DNA of 64,000 bases from a virus. Location of the stretch: positions 62,998 through 126,997 of IMG/VR virus record IMGVR_UViG_3300017748_000001. One strand, written 5' to 3'. The position numbers were made by a program, and so were the translations under genes. The notes under the pieces were generated by a model. It was given only the letters and a program-made list of their open reading frames with translations. It was not told the origin of the DNA and searched no databases. Shown one piece after another: positions 31,140-39,699 of the stretch. Positions within the stretch are counted from its first letter, which is position 1; the number at the start of each line of letters is the position of its first letter.

Positions 31140-31681
31140 AGTTTAATAACTCTTTCATATTCTCTCACAAAATCATCAACAACATCGTTCCTCAAAAGTC
31201 GAATTGTACGATTCTTTTCGTTTAACTCATTCTCATATTGAAATTTAGAAAACATCTCATACTGTGCTCTATCGAAGTCTGTAGTAAAGAAACTATAAGT
31301 TTCCGGACTAATCTTTGTGGAATTTGTTTTATGGACATAATAATGCGGAGTTGTTTCTGCAGTCATTAAGTCTCCATATTTTTCTGCAATCATAGTTGCA
31401 AATGCTCCGGAACTTAACGGCCATTCGTCATAAAAACTAGTTATTCCATTAAATACCAAAATAGTCCAATGATAAAGCGGAGATTTGTAATACAATTCTG
31501 AAATAATTTCCGGAGTATCACCATCATTAACAATATATTCGTATGATGAAGAGGGTGCGACTTGATATTTCTCTACTACCTGTGCGACCTTAAAAATATT
31601 CTTTACTACTCTATTTTTATTATTTAAGAGTATATCGTAAGAAGTATAAGGAACTTTATTAAATATGCTTTTGCCTGCCAT
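31136..31681 (-). CDS. gp53: Baseplate wedge subunit gp53
   Basis: EYIVNDGDTPEIISELYYKSPLYHWTILVFN..DEWPLS; YENELNEKNRTIRLL. Confidence 0.88.
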   Translation of the reverse strand: MAGKSIFNKVPYTSYDILLNNKNRVVKNIFKVAQVVEKYQVAPSSSYEYIVNDGDTPEIISELYYKSPLYHWTILVFNGITSFYDEWPLSSGAFATMIAEKYGDLMTAETTPHYYVHKTNSTKISPETYSFFTTDFDRAQYEMFSKFQYENELNEKNRTIRLLRNDVVDDFVREYERVIKL

Positions 31682-31683
31682 TT

Positions 31684-32643
31684 TTAAAATCCTTTTGGTA
31701 CATCATCTCTAGTGACTTGTTCATTTTCAGAGAAGGTTAAAGATAACTGAATGTTCGCAGGATATCCATCTTTGGTCAATGTATATCTTCCATTTGCTCC
31801 AAAAGTAACATTACATTCTTCAAGATTGCATGGTTTAAATTGATGCATAAAATTCTTAATTTTGCCTGCGTCATCTTTTATAATATATCGAATATCAAAT
31901 GATTGAGGAATATCATAAAATCCAGTAGATATAATATTTGGTAACATTGCTTGTCGGAAAGTTTCTATGATTTTATCTAACTGTTGAGACTCTTGAAGAC
32001 TTCTAGGAACTAAGTTATATTGGAATTGAAACTTTCTAAATTCTATCCCTTTAAATGTTAAATACTTTGCTGCGTTCGCGGCCCTGCCAAAGACTGCTTG
32101 GTTTATTACGTCTCCTGCACCGCCTCCCAACATATTACCACCAGTTTGAGTTACTTCTGCTTTAAAGGATTCAAAAAAATTACCCCCAGCACCAACATCC
32201 TTTAAATCTGCAAAATTTCCAGCAAGAGCACTAGTCAATCCAGCACCAAGAGTTCCAAGTGTATTAGAATCGTATTGAGCAGTAGTGGGCATTGCAATGT
32301 TTTCTGGGATAAAAAGTCTTATTGTCTCTCCAGCTTTCACTCTGCTAGTAGTTTTTATGATTACATCATCTGCTCGAGTTTGATTTTCCACCTCTTGAAG
32401 TTTCTTAGCAGCAGTTTCTGGGTCAGACGCAATAACAGATATTTTGTCTTTAAGAGACATTCCCCCTATCATTTCCCTGGCGTTGGTCTCTTCTCTAACT
32501 CTAAATTCGATATAACTGTGGAGTTCTGTGCCTTCCTGGCCCAAATTACTGGGGAATTGAAATGAGGGTTTAGTCTCTTTTGCCTTCTCTATTTCTTTAT
32601 TTGCAGTGTTTAGGGGTGTTGCTGTTGTGCTTTCTTCTGCCAT
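31684..32643 (-). CDS. gp48: Baseplate tail-tube cap gp48
   Basis: IRLFIPENI, LTFKGIEFRKFQFQYNL.PRS..ES, YPANIQLSLTFSE. Confidence 0.82.
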   Translation of the reverse strand: MAEESTTATPLNTANKEIEKAKETKPSFQFPSNLGQEGTELHSYIEFRVREETNAREMIGGMSLKDKISVIASDPETAAKKLQEVENQTRADDVIIKTTSRVKAGETIRLFIPENIAMPTTAQYDSNTLGTLGAGLTSALAGNFADLKDVGAGGNFFESFKAEVTQTGGNMLGGGAGDVINQAVFGRAANAAKYLTFKGIEFRKFQFQYNLVPRSLQESQQLDKIIETFRQAMLPNIISTGFYDIPQSFDIRYIIKDDAGKIKNFMHQFKPCNLEECNVTFGANGRYTLTKDGYPANIQLSLTFSENEQVTRDDVPKGF

Positions 32644-32663
32644 GACCAGTCCGTTTTATTTTT

Positions 32664-32671
32664 TATAAATA
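32664..32671 (+). promoter_or_regulatory. T4 late promoter TATAAATA (rightward)
   Basis: Exact consensus upstream of gp4. Confidence 0.8.
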
Positions 32672-32686
32672 ATTATTTACACCTAT

Positions 32687-32694
32687 TATTTATA
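32687..32694 (-). promoter_or_regulatory. T4 late promoter TATAAATA (leftward)
   Basis: Exact consensus upstream of gp48. Confidence 0.8.
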
Positions 32695-32706
32695 TGAGGT
32701 TTTTGA

Positions 32707-33147
32707 ATGTCGCGGAAATTTACCTACAAAGGTAGATATACTCCTGAGAATCCCCAAAAATACATAGGTGATACAAGTAAAATAGTATATCGCTCCAGTT
32801 GGGAGAGAAGATTCATGGTCTATTGTGATAAGAACCCTTCTATACTTTCATGGGCAAGTGAAGAACTTGCAATCCCCTATTTGTCACCAATCGATCACAA
32901 GATGCACCGATACTATCCAGACTTTATCGTAAAAACAAAAGATAAGGTTAGTATGATTGAAATTAAACCTAATCGCGAAACAAAACCACCCAGAAAAAAG
33001 AAAAATCAGAGAACATATATCAATGAGGTAAAGACTTGGGGTGTCAATGAAGCAAAATGGAAGGCTGCAGAGAAATACTGCGAGATGAAGGGATGGGATT
33101 TTAAAATCATCACAGAAAAACATATTTTACCGAAACTAAATAAGTAA
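32707..33147 (+). CDS. gp4: Head completion nuclease gp4 (TnsA-like fold)
   Basis: YKGRYTPENPQKYIGD..YRSSWERRFMVYCD..WASEE..RYYPDF..EIKP..VNEAKWKAA. Confidence 0.92.
   Translation: MSRKFTYKGRYTPENPQKYIGDTSKIVYRSSWERRFMVYCDKNPSILSWASEELAIPYLSPIDHKMHRYYPDFIVKTKDKVSMIEIKPNRETKPPRKKKNQRTYINEVKTWGVNEAKWKAAEKYCEMKGWDFKIITEKHILPKLNK
33135..33142 (+). promoter_or_regulatory. Late promoter variant ACTAAATA in front of the P450
   Basis: Inside the last codons of gp4, 18 nt upstream of the P450 ATG, with GGAGG (33152-33156) downstream; the same variant precedes gp26 and def. Confidence 0.55.
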
Positions 33148-33160
33148 AACTGGAGGCAAC

Positions 33161-34555
33161 ATGAGCAATCAACCAATGTGGACAGACGAAGACGAAAAAA
33201 GAATGGATATCATTGGAAGTAATGGCAACGACGGCGAACACTATGCGGAACTAGAAGAAAGAGAATCCGCAGCCGCTGCGGGATTTTCTAGAGCAGGATC
33301 AGAACAAGATGAATTTACTGGTGATATTCCTTCTGCATATGATGTTCCGTTAGAAACACTCAATCCGGTATGGAATAGACTTTTTGAAGAAAACAAGAGT
33401 CTTGAGATGTTCAAAAGACTTAGAGAAGAAGATCCAGTACACTTTAATGAGACAGACGTTGCAGGAAGATTCTGGTCATTGACAAAATATGACGATATCA
33501 AAAAAGTTGATATGAACCATCAAGAGTTTTCTTCTGAACCAATGATAACAATAGGTTATCCTGTCGGGACTCCACGCCCAGAAGGTGCGTTAGATATATC
33601 TCTGTTCATTGCAATGGATCCACCCAAACACGATCTTCAACGACGAACAGTTGCTCCAGTAGTTTCTATGAGAAGTATGATGGGACTAGAGCCCCTTATC
33701 AGAGAAAGGACTGGTGCAGTTTTAGATTCTTTGCCAGAAGACGAAACATTTAATTGGGTAGAGAATGTTTCTATTGAACTTACTACACAAATGCTCGCAA
33801 CTCTCTTTGACTTCCCATTTGAAGAACGCAGAAAGTTGACACGATGGTCTGATGTTGCGACTGCAGTTCCGGGCGCAGGTGTTATCGATACAGAACAACA
33901 AAGAATTGACGAATTGGTAGAATGTCTACAATATTTTACCGAAGTCTGGGAAATGAGAAAGAAAGAACCTACAAATGACTTCGTTTCTATGATGGTCAAA
34001 GGAGAACATACAAAAGATATGGAGCCAATGGAGTTTCTGGGTAATCTTATTCTACTGATTGTGGGAGGAAATGACACTACAAGAAATTCTATGTCTGCTG
34101 GTGTTCATGCCCTCAATCTGTTCCCCACAGAATATGAAAAACTCAAAGGAGATCTAGGTTTGATACCGAATATGGTATCAGAAATTATTAGATGGCAGAC
34201 TCCCCTCGCATATATGAGAAGAACCGCAAATGATGACTGTGTTATTGGAAATAAAGAAATTAAAAAACACGATCAGATTCTTATGTGGTATCTTTCCGGA
34301 AATCGTGACGAAGAAGTTTTCCCTAATGGAGAAGATCTAATCATTGATAGAGAGAATGCTCGTAATCATTTATCATTTGGTTTTGGAATCCATCGTTGTA
34401 TGGGAAACAGAACCGCAGAACTACAACTCAAGATTCTTTGGGAAGAAATAATGAAAAGATTTGATCGAATAGAGGTTGTAGGTGAAGAGAAACGCACATT
34501 CTCATCATTTGTCAGAGGTTATACTGAACTTCCTGTGAAAGTTTATCGAAAATAA
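33161..34555 (+). CDS. cyp153: Cytochrome P450, CYP153 (alkane/fatty-acyl omega-hydroxylase)-like
   Basis: Heme motif FGFGIHRCMG, I-helix IVGGNDTTRN, ExxR (EIIR), FIAMDPPKHD and SIELTTQMLATLFDFPFEERRKLTRWSD typical of CYP153; intact ORF with GGAGG RBS. Confidence 0.93.
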   Translation: MSNQPMWTDEDEKRMDIIGSNGNDGEHYAELEERESAAAAGFSRAGSEQDEFTGDIPSAYDVPLETLNPVWNRLFEENKSLEMFKRLREEDPVHFNETDVAGRFWSLTKYDDIKKVDMNHQEFSSEPMITIGYPVGTPRPEGALDISLFIAMDPPKHDLQRRTVAPVVSMRSMMGLEPLIRERTGAVLDSLPEDETFNWVENVSIELTTQMLATLFDFPFEERRKLTRWSDVATAVPGAGVIDTEQQRIDELVECLQYFTEVWEMRKKEPTNDFVSMMVKGEHTKDMEPMEFLGNLILLIVGGNDTTRNSMSAGVHALNLFPTEYEKLKGDLGLIPNMVSEIIRWQTPLAYMRRTANDDCVIGNKEIKKHDQILMWYLSGNRDEEVFPNGEDLIIDRENARNHLSFGFGIHRCMGNRTAELQLKILWEEIMKRFDRIEVVGEEKRTFSSFVRGYTELPVKVYRK

Positions 34556-34556
34556 A

Positions 34557-34564
34557 CATAAATA
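34557..34564 (+). promoter_or_regulatory. Late promoter variant CATAAATA
   Basis: Lies between the P450 stop and the gp2 ATG (4 nt upstream). Confidence 0.6.
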
Positions 34565-34568
34565 GAAC

Positions 34569-35165
34569 ATGGCAGACTTTAGACCACTACTCAAACGACT
34601 GGCCCAGAAGGGCATACAACCGAACTCATCGGCGGCTAGAGAGTGGTTCAGTAAAAAGGTAAGACAAAGTGCAGTAACAAGTGCATTGTCTCGTCAGCCG
34701 GGTAGGAGAAGTCTTTTATCTGACTCTGAAAGAAGAGCAGCGACCCCACAGATAGGAAAAATGTATTTCTACAATTACGATCCGAAGTTTAAAGACAAGT
34801 TGCCCTATTATGATGAGTTTCCGTTGATATTCGCGGTAGATTACTTCTCTGGAGGATTTCTAGGAATGAATTTGCATTATGTATCTCCTAGAAACAGAAT
34901 GTTGATTATGAATAGTCTGAGCGATATTGCGACAAATGCAAGATATGACTCCAGTACACGACTTGCGTTATCATACAAAGTGTTAAAGGGTGCGAGCAAA
35001 TTCAGCACAATTAAACCTTGTATCAAAAGATACTTGTATAGTAATGTAAAAAGTAGTTTTGTGTCTATAGATGCAAATGAATGGGATATCGCAATATTCC
35101 TTCCAGTACAAAGATTTAGAAAGGCCGGTGCAAGCAAAGTCTGGTCTGATTCCGCAAGAGGATAA
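34569..35165 (+). CDS. gp2: DNA end protector protein gp2
   Basis: GKMYFYNYDPKFKDKLPYYDEFPLIF..GFLGMNLHY; CIKRYL; EWDIAIFLPVQRF. Confidence 0.92.
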   Translation: MADFRPLLKRLAQKGIQPNSSAAREWFSKKVRQSAVTSALSRQPGRRSLLSDSERRAATPQIGKMYFYNYDPKFKDKLPYYDEFPLIFAVDYFSGGFLGMNLHYVSPRNRMLIMNSLSDIATNARYDSSTRLALSYKVLKGASKFSTIKPCIKRYLYSNVKSSFVSIDANEWDIAIFLPVQRFRKAGASKVWSDSARG

Positions 35166-35167
35166 CA

Positions 35168-36025
35168 ATGGCTATTAATCAAATCATTATACCGAATTTG
35201 CCCAAGATTCCGACTCAACAACAGATTCGTACTGATATAGGCAATGCGACATTTGATTTGCCGGGCCTTGGAAGACCCAGTTCTCCAGATCCGTCAAAAG
35301 ACGCACCAAAATTTAGAGAGAGTAGGAATCTTTTCCACGGCAATATGCAGGATAGATCCCCATCAGTTAGGCCGGATAGTGATAAGAAACCTTCCAGAAG
35401 CACTATTGTCGATAGAGGGGGGAAATTTAGTATACAGAATTTTTCTTCCAAGGTATCTAATAATTTATTGATACCTAATACCTATGCGTTGTTCATTCCA
35501 TACCCTGCTGGTCTTCCTAATAGTATTACAGATGGAATGTCAGAAAACTTGACTCTGAGAATTGATAATTTAGAATTGCCCGGCAAACAACTCGCCACAG
35601 AAGAAGTTCAATACTATGGCCCACCTAGAAAATCTGCATACGGAATGATATATGAAGATTTATCATTTAATGTATATCTCAGTAAAGATTTAAAAGAACG
35701 AGATTTTTTCAGCGCATGGATGGATTTGACTTATAGTTATAATACCGCTCATGTGTCATACTATGATGATATTATAAAAGACTGCACTTTCTATTCATAT
35801 GATAGAAGTTCAAATCAAAATCAAATACAATCTACGATAGATATGGTTAATAACACCTTTAACGAATTAGAGAAGAAAGAACTGAAAGACTTTTCAAATT
35901 ACTCTGTAACCTTTGAAGAAGCATATCCAATTTCTATTGGACAGATAACCTATGCATACGCATCAGACGAAATAGCAAGTTTACCTGTCACAATGGCATA
36001 CCGCAAGTGGAAAAAGTCTGACTAA
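35168..36025 (+). CDS. gp54: Baseplate tail-tube initiator gp54 (tail tube-like fold)
   Basis: LELPGKQLAT, ERDFFSAWMD, FEEAYPISIG..LPVTMAYRKW. Confidence 0.75.
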   Translation: MAINQIIIPNLPKIPTQQQIRTDIGNATFDLPGLGRPSSPDPSKDAPKFRESRNLFHGNMQDRSPSVRPDSDKKPSRSTIVDRGGKFSIQNFSSKVSNNLLIPNTYALFIPYPAGLPNSITDGMSENLTLRIDNLELPGKQLATEEVQYYGPPRKSAYGMIYEDLSFNVYLSKDLKERDFFSAWMDLTYSYNTAHVSYYDDIIKDCTFYSYDRSSNQNQIQSTIDMVNNTFNELEKKELKDFSNYSVTFEEAYPISIGQITYAYASDEIASLPVTMAYRKWKKSD

Positions 36026-36028
36026 ATA
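36021..36028 (+). promoter_or_regulatory. Late promoter variant ACTAAATA
   Basis: Overlaps the gp54 stop, upstream of gp26. Confidence 0.5.
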
Positions 36029-36064
36029 ATAGTAGTGACTTATTTTTTATTATAGGAGATTAGA

Positions 36065-36796
36065 ATGGCTCTACCTAAGTTAGATACGCCAACTTATAAT
36101 CTTACAATTCCGTCAACTAAAAAGAAGATTAAATATCGACCTTTTTTGGTGAAAGAAGAAAAGATTCTATTGATGGCTAACGAAGGAGACGATGTTGAAG
36201 AACAAGTAGACGCTGCAAAACAGATCATATCAAATTGCATTATAACCAAAGGTGTAAAAATTGAGAGTCTTGCAACATTCGATATAGAATACTTATTTGT
36301 CAACATTCGCAGCAAGTCTGTAGGAAACGTCGTACAGTTAAATTATAAACATGACTGTCCTGCTGGATCTGAAGACGGATCAACTACTGAGAAAGATATT
36401 AGATTTGATATCAATCTTGATAATGTTGAAATTGAAAATAATGAGGATCATACAAATAGAATTGATTTAACAGATACTATTGGTGTGATAATGAAGTATC
36501 CAGATTTTAAAATACTTAGAGGTGTTCAAAATCTGAATACATTTGAAGATACAATGAAAATGTTAAAAAATTGTATCGAATATATCTATGATGGCGACGA
36601 AGTTTACGATATTGCGGATTCTGATGATGAAGAAGTATCTGATTTTTTAGAATCTTTGTCGCAAATGCAGTTTCAGAAGATAAATACTTTTTTTGAGACT
36701 ATGCCTCAGTGTGTAACTGATGCAGTTGTGAAATGTCCTGATTGTGGATGGACAAATACCTTTAAACTACGAGGAATCACCGATTTTTTCGTATAG
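36065..36796 (+). CDS. gp26: Baseplate hub assembly protein gp26
   Basis: MALPKLDTPTYNLTIPSTKKKIKYRPFLVKEEKILLMA; FDIEYLFVNIRSKSVG; GVIMKYP; FFETMP..CPDC..LRGITDFF. Confidence 0.92.
   Translation: MALPKLDTPTYNLTIPSTKKKIKYRPFLVKEEKILLMANEGDDVEEQVDAAKQIISNCIITKGVKIESLATFDIEYLFVNIRSKSVGNVVQLNYKHDCPAGSEDGSTTEKDIRFDINLDNVEIENNEDHTNRIDLTDTIGVIMKYPDFKILRGVQNLNTFEDTMKMLKNCIEYIYDGDEVYDIADSDDEEVSDFLESLSQMQFQKINTFFETMPQCVTDAVVKCPDCGWTNTFKLRGITDFFV
36771..36790 (+). promoter_or_regulatory. Candidate -1 frameshift signal: internal SD GAGGA plus slippery T TTT TTC
   Basis: GAGGA at 36771-36775; heptamer 36784-36790 correctly phased in the gp26 frame (GAT TTT TTC GTA TAG). Confidence 0.6.
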
Positions 36797-36966
36797 GTTT
36801 ATATCATGAAACATTATATTCTCTCTATCAGACGAACTTCGCATTGATGCAACACCATAAATATAGTCTGACAGAATTAGAGAATATGATGCCGTGGGAA
36901 AGAGAAATCTATGTATCAATGCTCTTGAACTATCTACAAGAAGAAAAAGATAGAATGAAAAAATAG
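36784..36966 (+). CDS. gp51: Baseplate hub assembly protein gp51 (probably translated as a gp26-gp51 frameshift fusion)
   Basis: -1 frame reads FFRIGLYHETLYSLYQTNFALMQHHKYSLTELENMMPWEREIYVSMLLNYLQEEKDRMKK*. An in-frame stop at 36763-36765 and the first ATG only at 36847 leave the conserved N-terminal part without a start. Missing from the ORF track. Confidence 0.85.
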   Translation, partial: FFRIGLYHETLYSLYQTNFALMQHHKYSLTELENMMPWEREIYVSMLLNYLQEEKDRMKK

Positions 36967-36975
36967 GAAATTATT

Positions 36976-37296
36976 ATGGCAGTAGAAAAACCTTTAACAA
37001 AAAAAGTTAAAATAGATCTAGAAATTGACACAGATACAGTTAACAGCGGAAGTAATCCATACAAAAAAATGATTCATCTTGCGGCTGCAATTGATGCTTG
37101 GAGAATTTTCCCAAGATTATTCTTATCTGTATACATATTCTTATTATACAAAACAGTTCTTTGGTATATGGATCTTCCAGCACCATCTATGGAACAATCC
37201 GGTCTTATCTCAGTAATCGTTGGGGCTGGTGCTGCATGGTTTGGTCTTTATGCTGGAACAAGTAAATCAAATAAGTCTTTTAACGGCGACAAATAA
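36976..37296 (+). CDS. Small two-TM membrane protein
   Basis: Hydrophobic segments WRIFPRLFLSVYIFLLYKTVLWY and GLISVIVGAGAAWFGLY. Confidence 0.75.
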   Translation: MAVEKPLTKKVKIDLEIDTDTVNSGSNPYKKMIHLAAAIDAWRIFPRLFLSVYIFLLYKTVLWYMDLPAPSMEQSGLISVIVGAGAAWFGLYAGTSKSNKSFNGDK

Positions 37297-39689
37297 TGGC
37301 TGAAGCAAGTCTAGACTCAGTAATAGATAAATTAGAATCTGTAAATATGGACTATCGGGGTTTGTCTGAGAGTCTAGACAGTGCTAGTGGCGCAATGGAA
37401 TCCAATACTGCGAATGAAGCGTTACGCCAAGTATCCGATTTGATATCAAAACAAGGAGATATGGAAGCGAAAGAGCGCAGGGCCAGCAGAAAGGAAATGT
37501 CGAATATCGCAAAGTTAATCGAAGACTCCAAAGAAGTCGGAGATTCCGACAAACAAAGATTCCAGTCACTAATCCAAATGCACGATCAGAGAGTCAAATC
37601 AGATTCTTCTTTGATGAATGATGTCGGATCAAAAATAACAGATACCCTCACCGAAGGAGTAACAAATATAAGTGCAGTTGTTGCTGGTGTGGTTTCTGAT
37701 AGTCCTATCCTTGCATTGGGAGTCAAATTCTTGGGCGATAGTGTAAGAAAGGGTGTAGTTGCGTTCAGAAATTTCAGAAAGAAGAAACGAGAAGAAAAAA
37801 CTATCAGAGAAAAGCAAAGAGAACTCTTCAGAGAACAAGAAAGAATTGATTCCGAAGAAAGAAGAGTTCTAAGAGAACAGATTTCAGAATCTGATGTCCA
37901 AAATAAATTAAATCTCTCCGAAGAAGATATACAAAAGAAAGCGGAAGAGGCTAATAAGACTAGAGAACAGATCTATAACGAAGAAAGAGATAGAATTATA
38001 GAACAGTCTAGAATTGCCAAAGAACAGAGAGATAATGCACAGTCAGAGCAATCAAGAATACAAGAATTAAGAGATCGTGTTGGTTTAGATATAGAACCCA
38101 CAGACCAAGAAAGAGCTTCTCCCACGGAATCTGGTTCAGATTCTCCAGAAATAAATCAAATTACTGGAGAGGCAGGAGAAAGAATAGAATCAAGTTTAGT
38201 TTCTAGAGTAACAGAAGGGGGAGATAGTGATACTACTACTTCCACAAATACAATAAGAGAAACTGGGTCAGATTCGTCAGAAATAAATCAAATTGCTGGA
38301 GATGCGATACCATCTGCCGAATCTATTATTTCACCAACAATATCTGCGTCATTAGATAGTTCAGAAGAAATCGCAGTAACATCTCCATTCCTCAAAGAAA
38401 TCAGAGATCTATTACAATTTCTGGGACAAAATCAAAGTGAATCAGAAACCGAAGAAATAGAAAAAGAAAGAGAGCGAAGAAGACAAGATAGAGCAAACAC
38501 GCAAGTAGAAAGAAGACAAAATAATCTTATTGCAGAATCCATAGAAGCGAGCTCCGCAGGTTCATCAAGAAGAGATGACGACAGTGGGGGATTTAGTCTG
38601 CCGAGCATAAAAGGAATTCCGGGCGGCGGAATGATGAAAGGGATGAAAGGAATTTTTACGAACTTAGGAGGTTCTTTGAAAAAACTTTCCGGAATAGGGA
38701 AAGTATTGAATGGACTAACTAAGGGACTCAAAGTATTCAGATTTCTGGGAAGCATTATAACAAAACTACCAATGATGCTTAGTTTGTTAATCAGTCCGAT
38801 AGCACTAAAGGTTATCGCAGCAGTTGCCGTAGTTGCTGGAACTATTGCATTTTTCAGATCAGAACTTCCTCAAAAGATTGGAGAATTTGTGCGGGGAATT
38901 CCAGAAAAGGTATCTGCTGCAGTTACTACTATGCTTGAATCGGTAAAACAATTCTTCGCAGACATGATAGAGAAAGTAAAAGCATTTCTTGAGGCTCCGT
39001 TTGATCTTGTAAAAAACACAGCAGACAAAGCCAAAGAAACTGTCAAAGAAGGATTTGAAGGTGCGAAACAATTTGTGGGAGATGCTGCAGAAAGTGTTTC
39101 TGATGTTACAAGTAGTGGATTTAATTTTGTCAAGGATGCAATTGGTTTCGGCGGAGATGACGAGCCTCAATCCAACATAACTCCAGTGTCAACAGAGAAT
39201 ACTAATCAAGAAAATGTTACTGCGATAAGAGATGGAGTTGCTGTAGATGGATCTAGTATCCCAGTAAACCAAAATGTAACAGGGATTTCCCCAGATTTAT
39301 CTTCTCCTGAGAACGCAAATGTATCGGTCATACCCACAGAACTCGCTCAGGGAACACAGAGTCCTTCTCAGGAAGTTGCAGTCAGAGAGGGTGTAGTTAT
39401 CCCTGCTGGTGAATCTGCGCCCATAGAACAGGTTTCTGGTGCGCCTACGCAAGAACTTGGAAATATATCATCACCTATGGCCGGGGTAAGAAGTTCTGCT
39501 GCGAATGCCATGAAGGAGAGTGCGATAGAGAAGAGTGCATCAACAAATATTAGTCCTATACTCAACAACCTATCAAATGTGACCAACAATAACGTATCAA
39601 ATTCAAGCAGTACTGTAATCCCAACAAAGGCATACAATACTGAAAATAGTTTTAACAAAATCAACTCAGCACTATCCGGTGCAGTATAA
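37296..39689 (+). CDS. Tape measure / baseplate hub protein (gp29-like)
   Basis: Long charged coiled coil, amphipathic GMKGIF..LGKVL segment, C-terminal NNVSNSSSTV tail, position after gp26/gp51; internal repeat 38127-38170 vs 38259-38302. Confidence 0.7.
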   Translation: MAEASLDSVIDKLESVNMDYRGLSESLDSASGAMESNTANEALRQVSDLISKQGDMEAKERRASRKEMSNIAKLIEDSKEVGDSDKQRFQSLIQMHDQRVKSDSSLMNDVGSKITDTLTEGVTNISAVVAGVVSDSPILALGVKFLGDSVRKGVVAFRNFRKKKREEKTIREKQRELFREQERIDSEERRVLREQISESDVQNKLNLSEEDIQKKAEEANKTREQIYNEERDRIIEQSRIAKEQRDNAQSEQSRIQELRDRVGLDIEPTDQERASPTESGSDSPEINQITGEAGERIESSLVSRVTEGGDSDTTTSTNTIRETGSDSSEINQIAGDAIPSAESIISPTISASLDSSEEIAVTSPFLKEIRDLLQFLGQNQSESETEEIEKERERRRQDRANTQVERRQNNLIAESIEASSAGSSRRDDDSGGFSLPSIKGIPGGGMMKGMKGIFTNLGGSLKKLSGIGKVLNGLTKGLKVFRFLGSIITKLPMMLSLLISPIALKVIAAVAVVAGTIAFFRSELPQKIGEFVRGIPEKVSAAVTTMLESVKQFFADMIEKVKAFLEAPFDLVKNTADKAKETVKEGFEGAKQFVGDAAESVSDVTSSGFNFVKDAIGFGGDDEPQSNITPVSTENTNQENVTAIRDGVAVDGSSIPVNQNVTGISPDLSSPENANVSVIPTELAQGTQSPSQEVAVREGVVIPAGESAPIEQVSGAPTQELGNISSPMAGVRSSAANAMKESAIEKSASTNISPILNNLSNVTNNNVSNSSSTVIPTKAYNTENSFNKINSALSGAV

Positions 39690-39699
39690 GGAGAATCTT

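Noticed and set aside
32707-33147. TnsA-like nuclease as sign of a Tn7-like element carrying the P450
   Set aside because: This is the core T4 head-completion gene gp4; there are no TnsB/C genes or terminal repeats.
36806-36847. ATG at 36806 as the gp51 start
   Set aside because: It is in the gp26 frame and gives a 13-aa peptide unrelated to gp51.
36856-36863. CATAAATA late promoter inside gp51
   Set aside because: It coincides with the conserved His-Lys-Tyr codons, so protein constraint explains it; it cannot be supported without TSS data.
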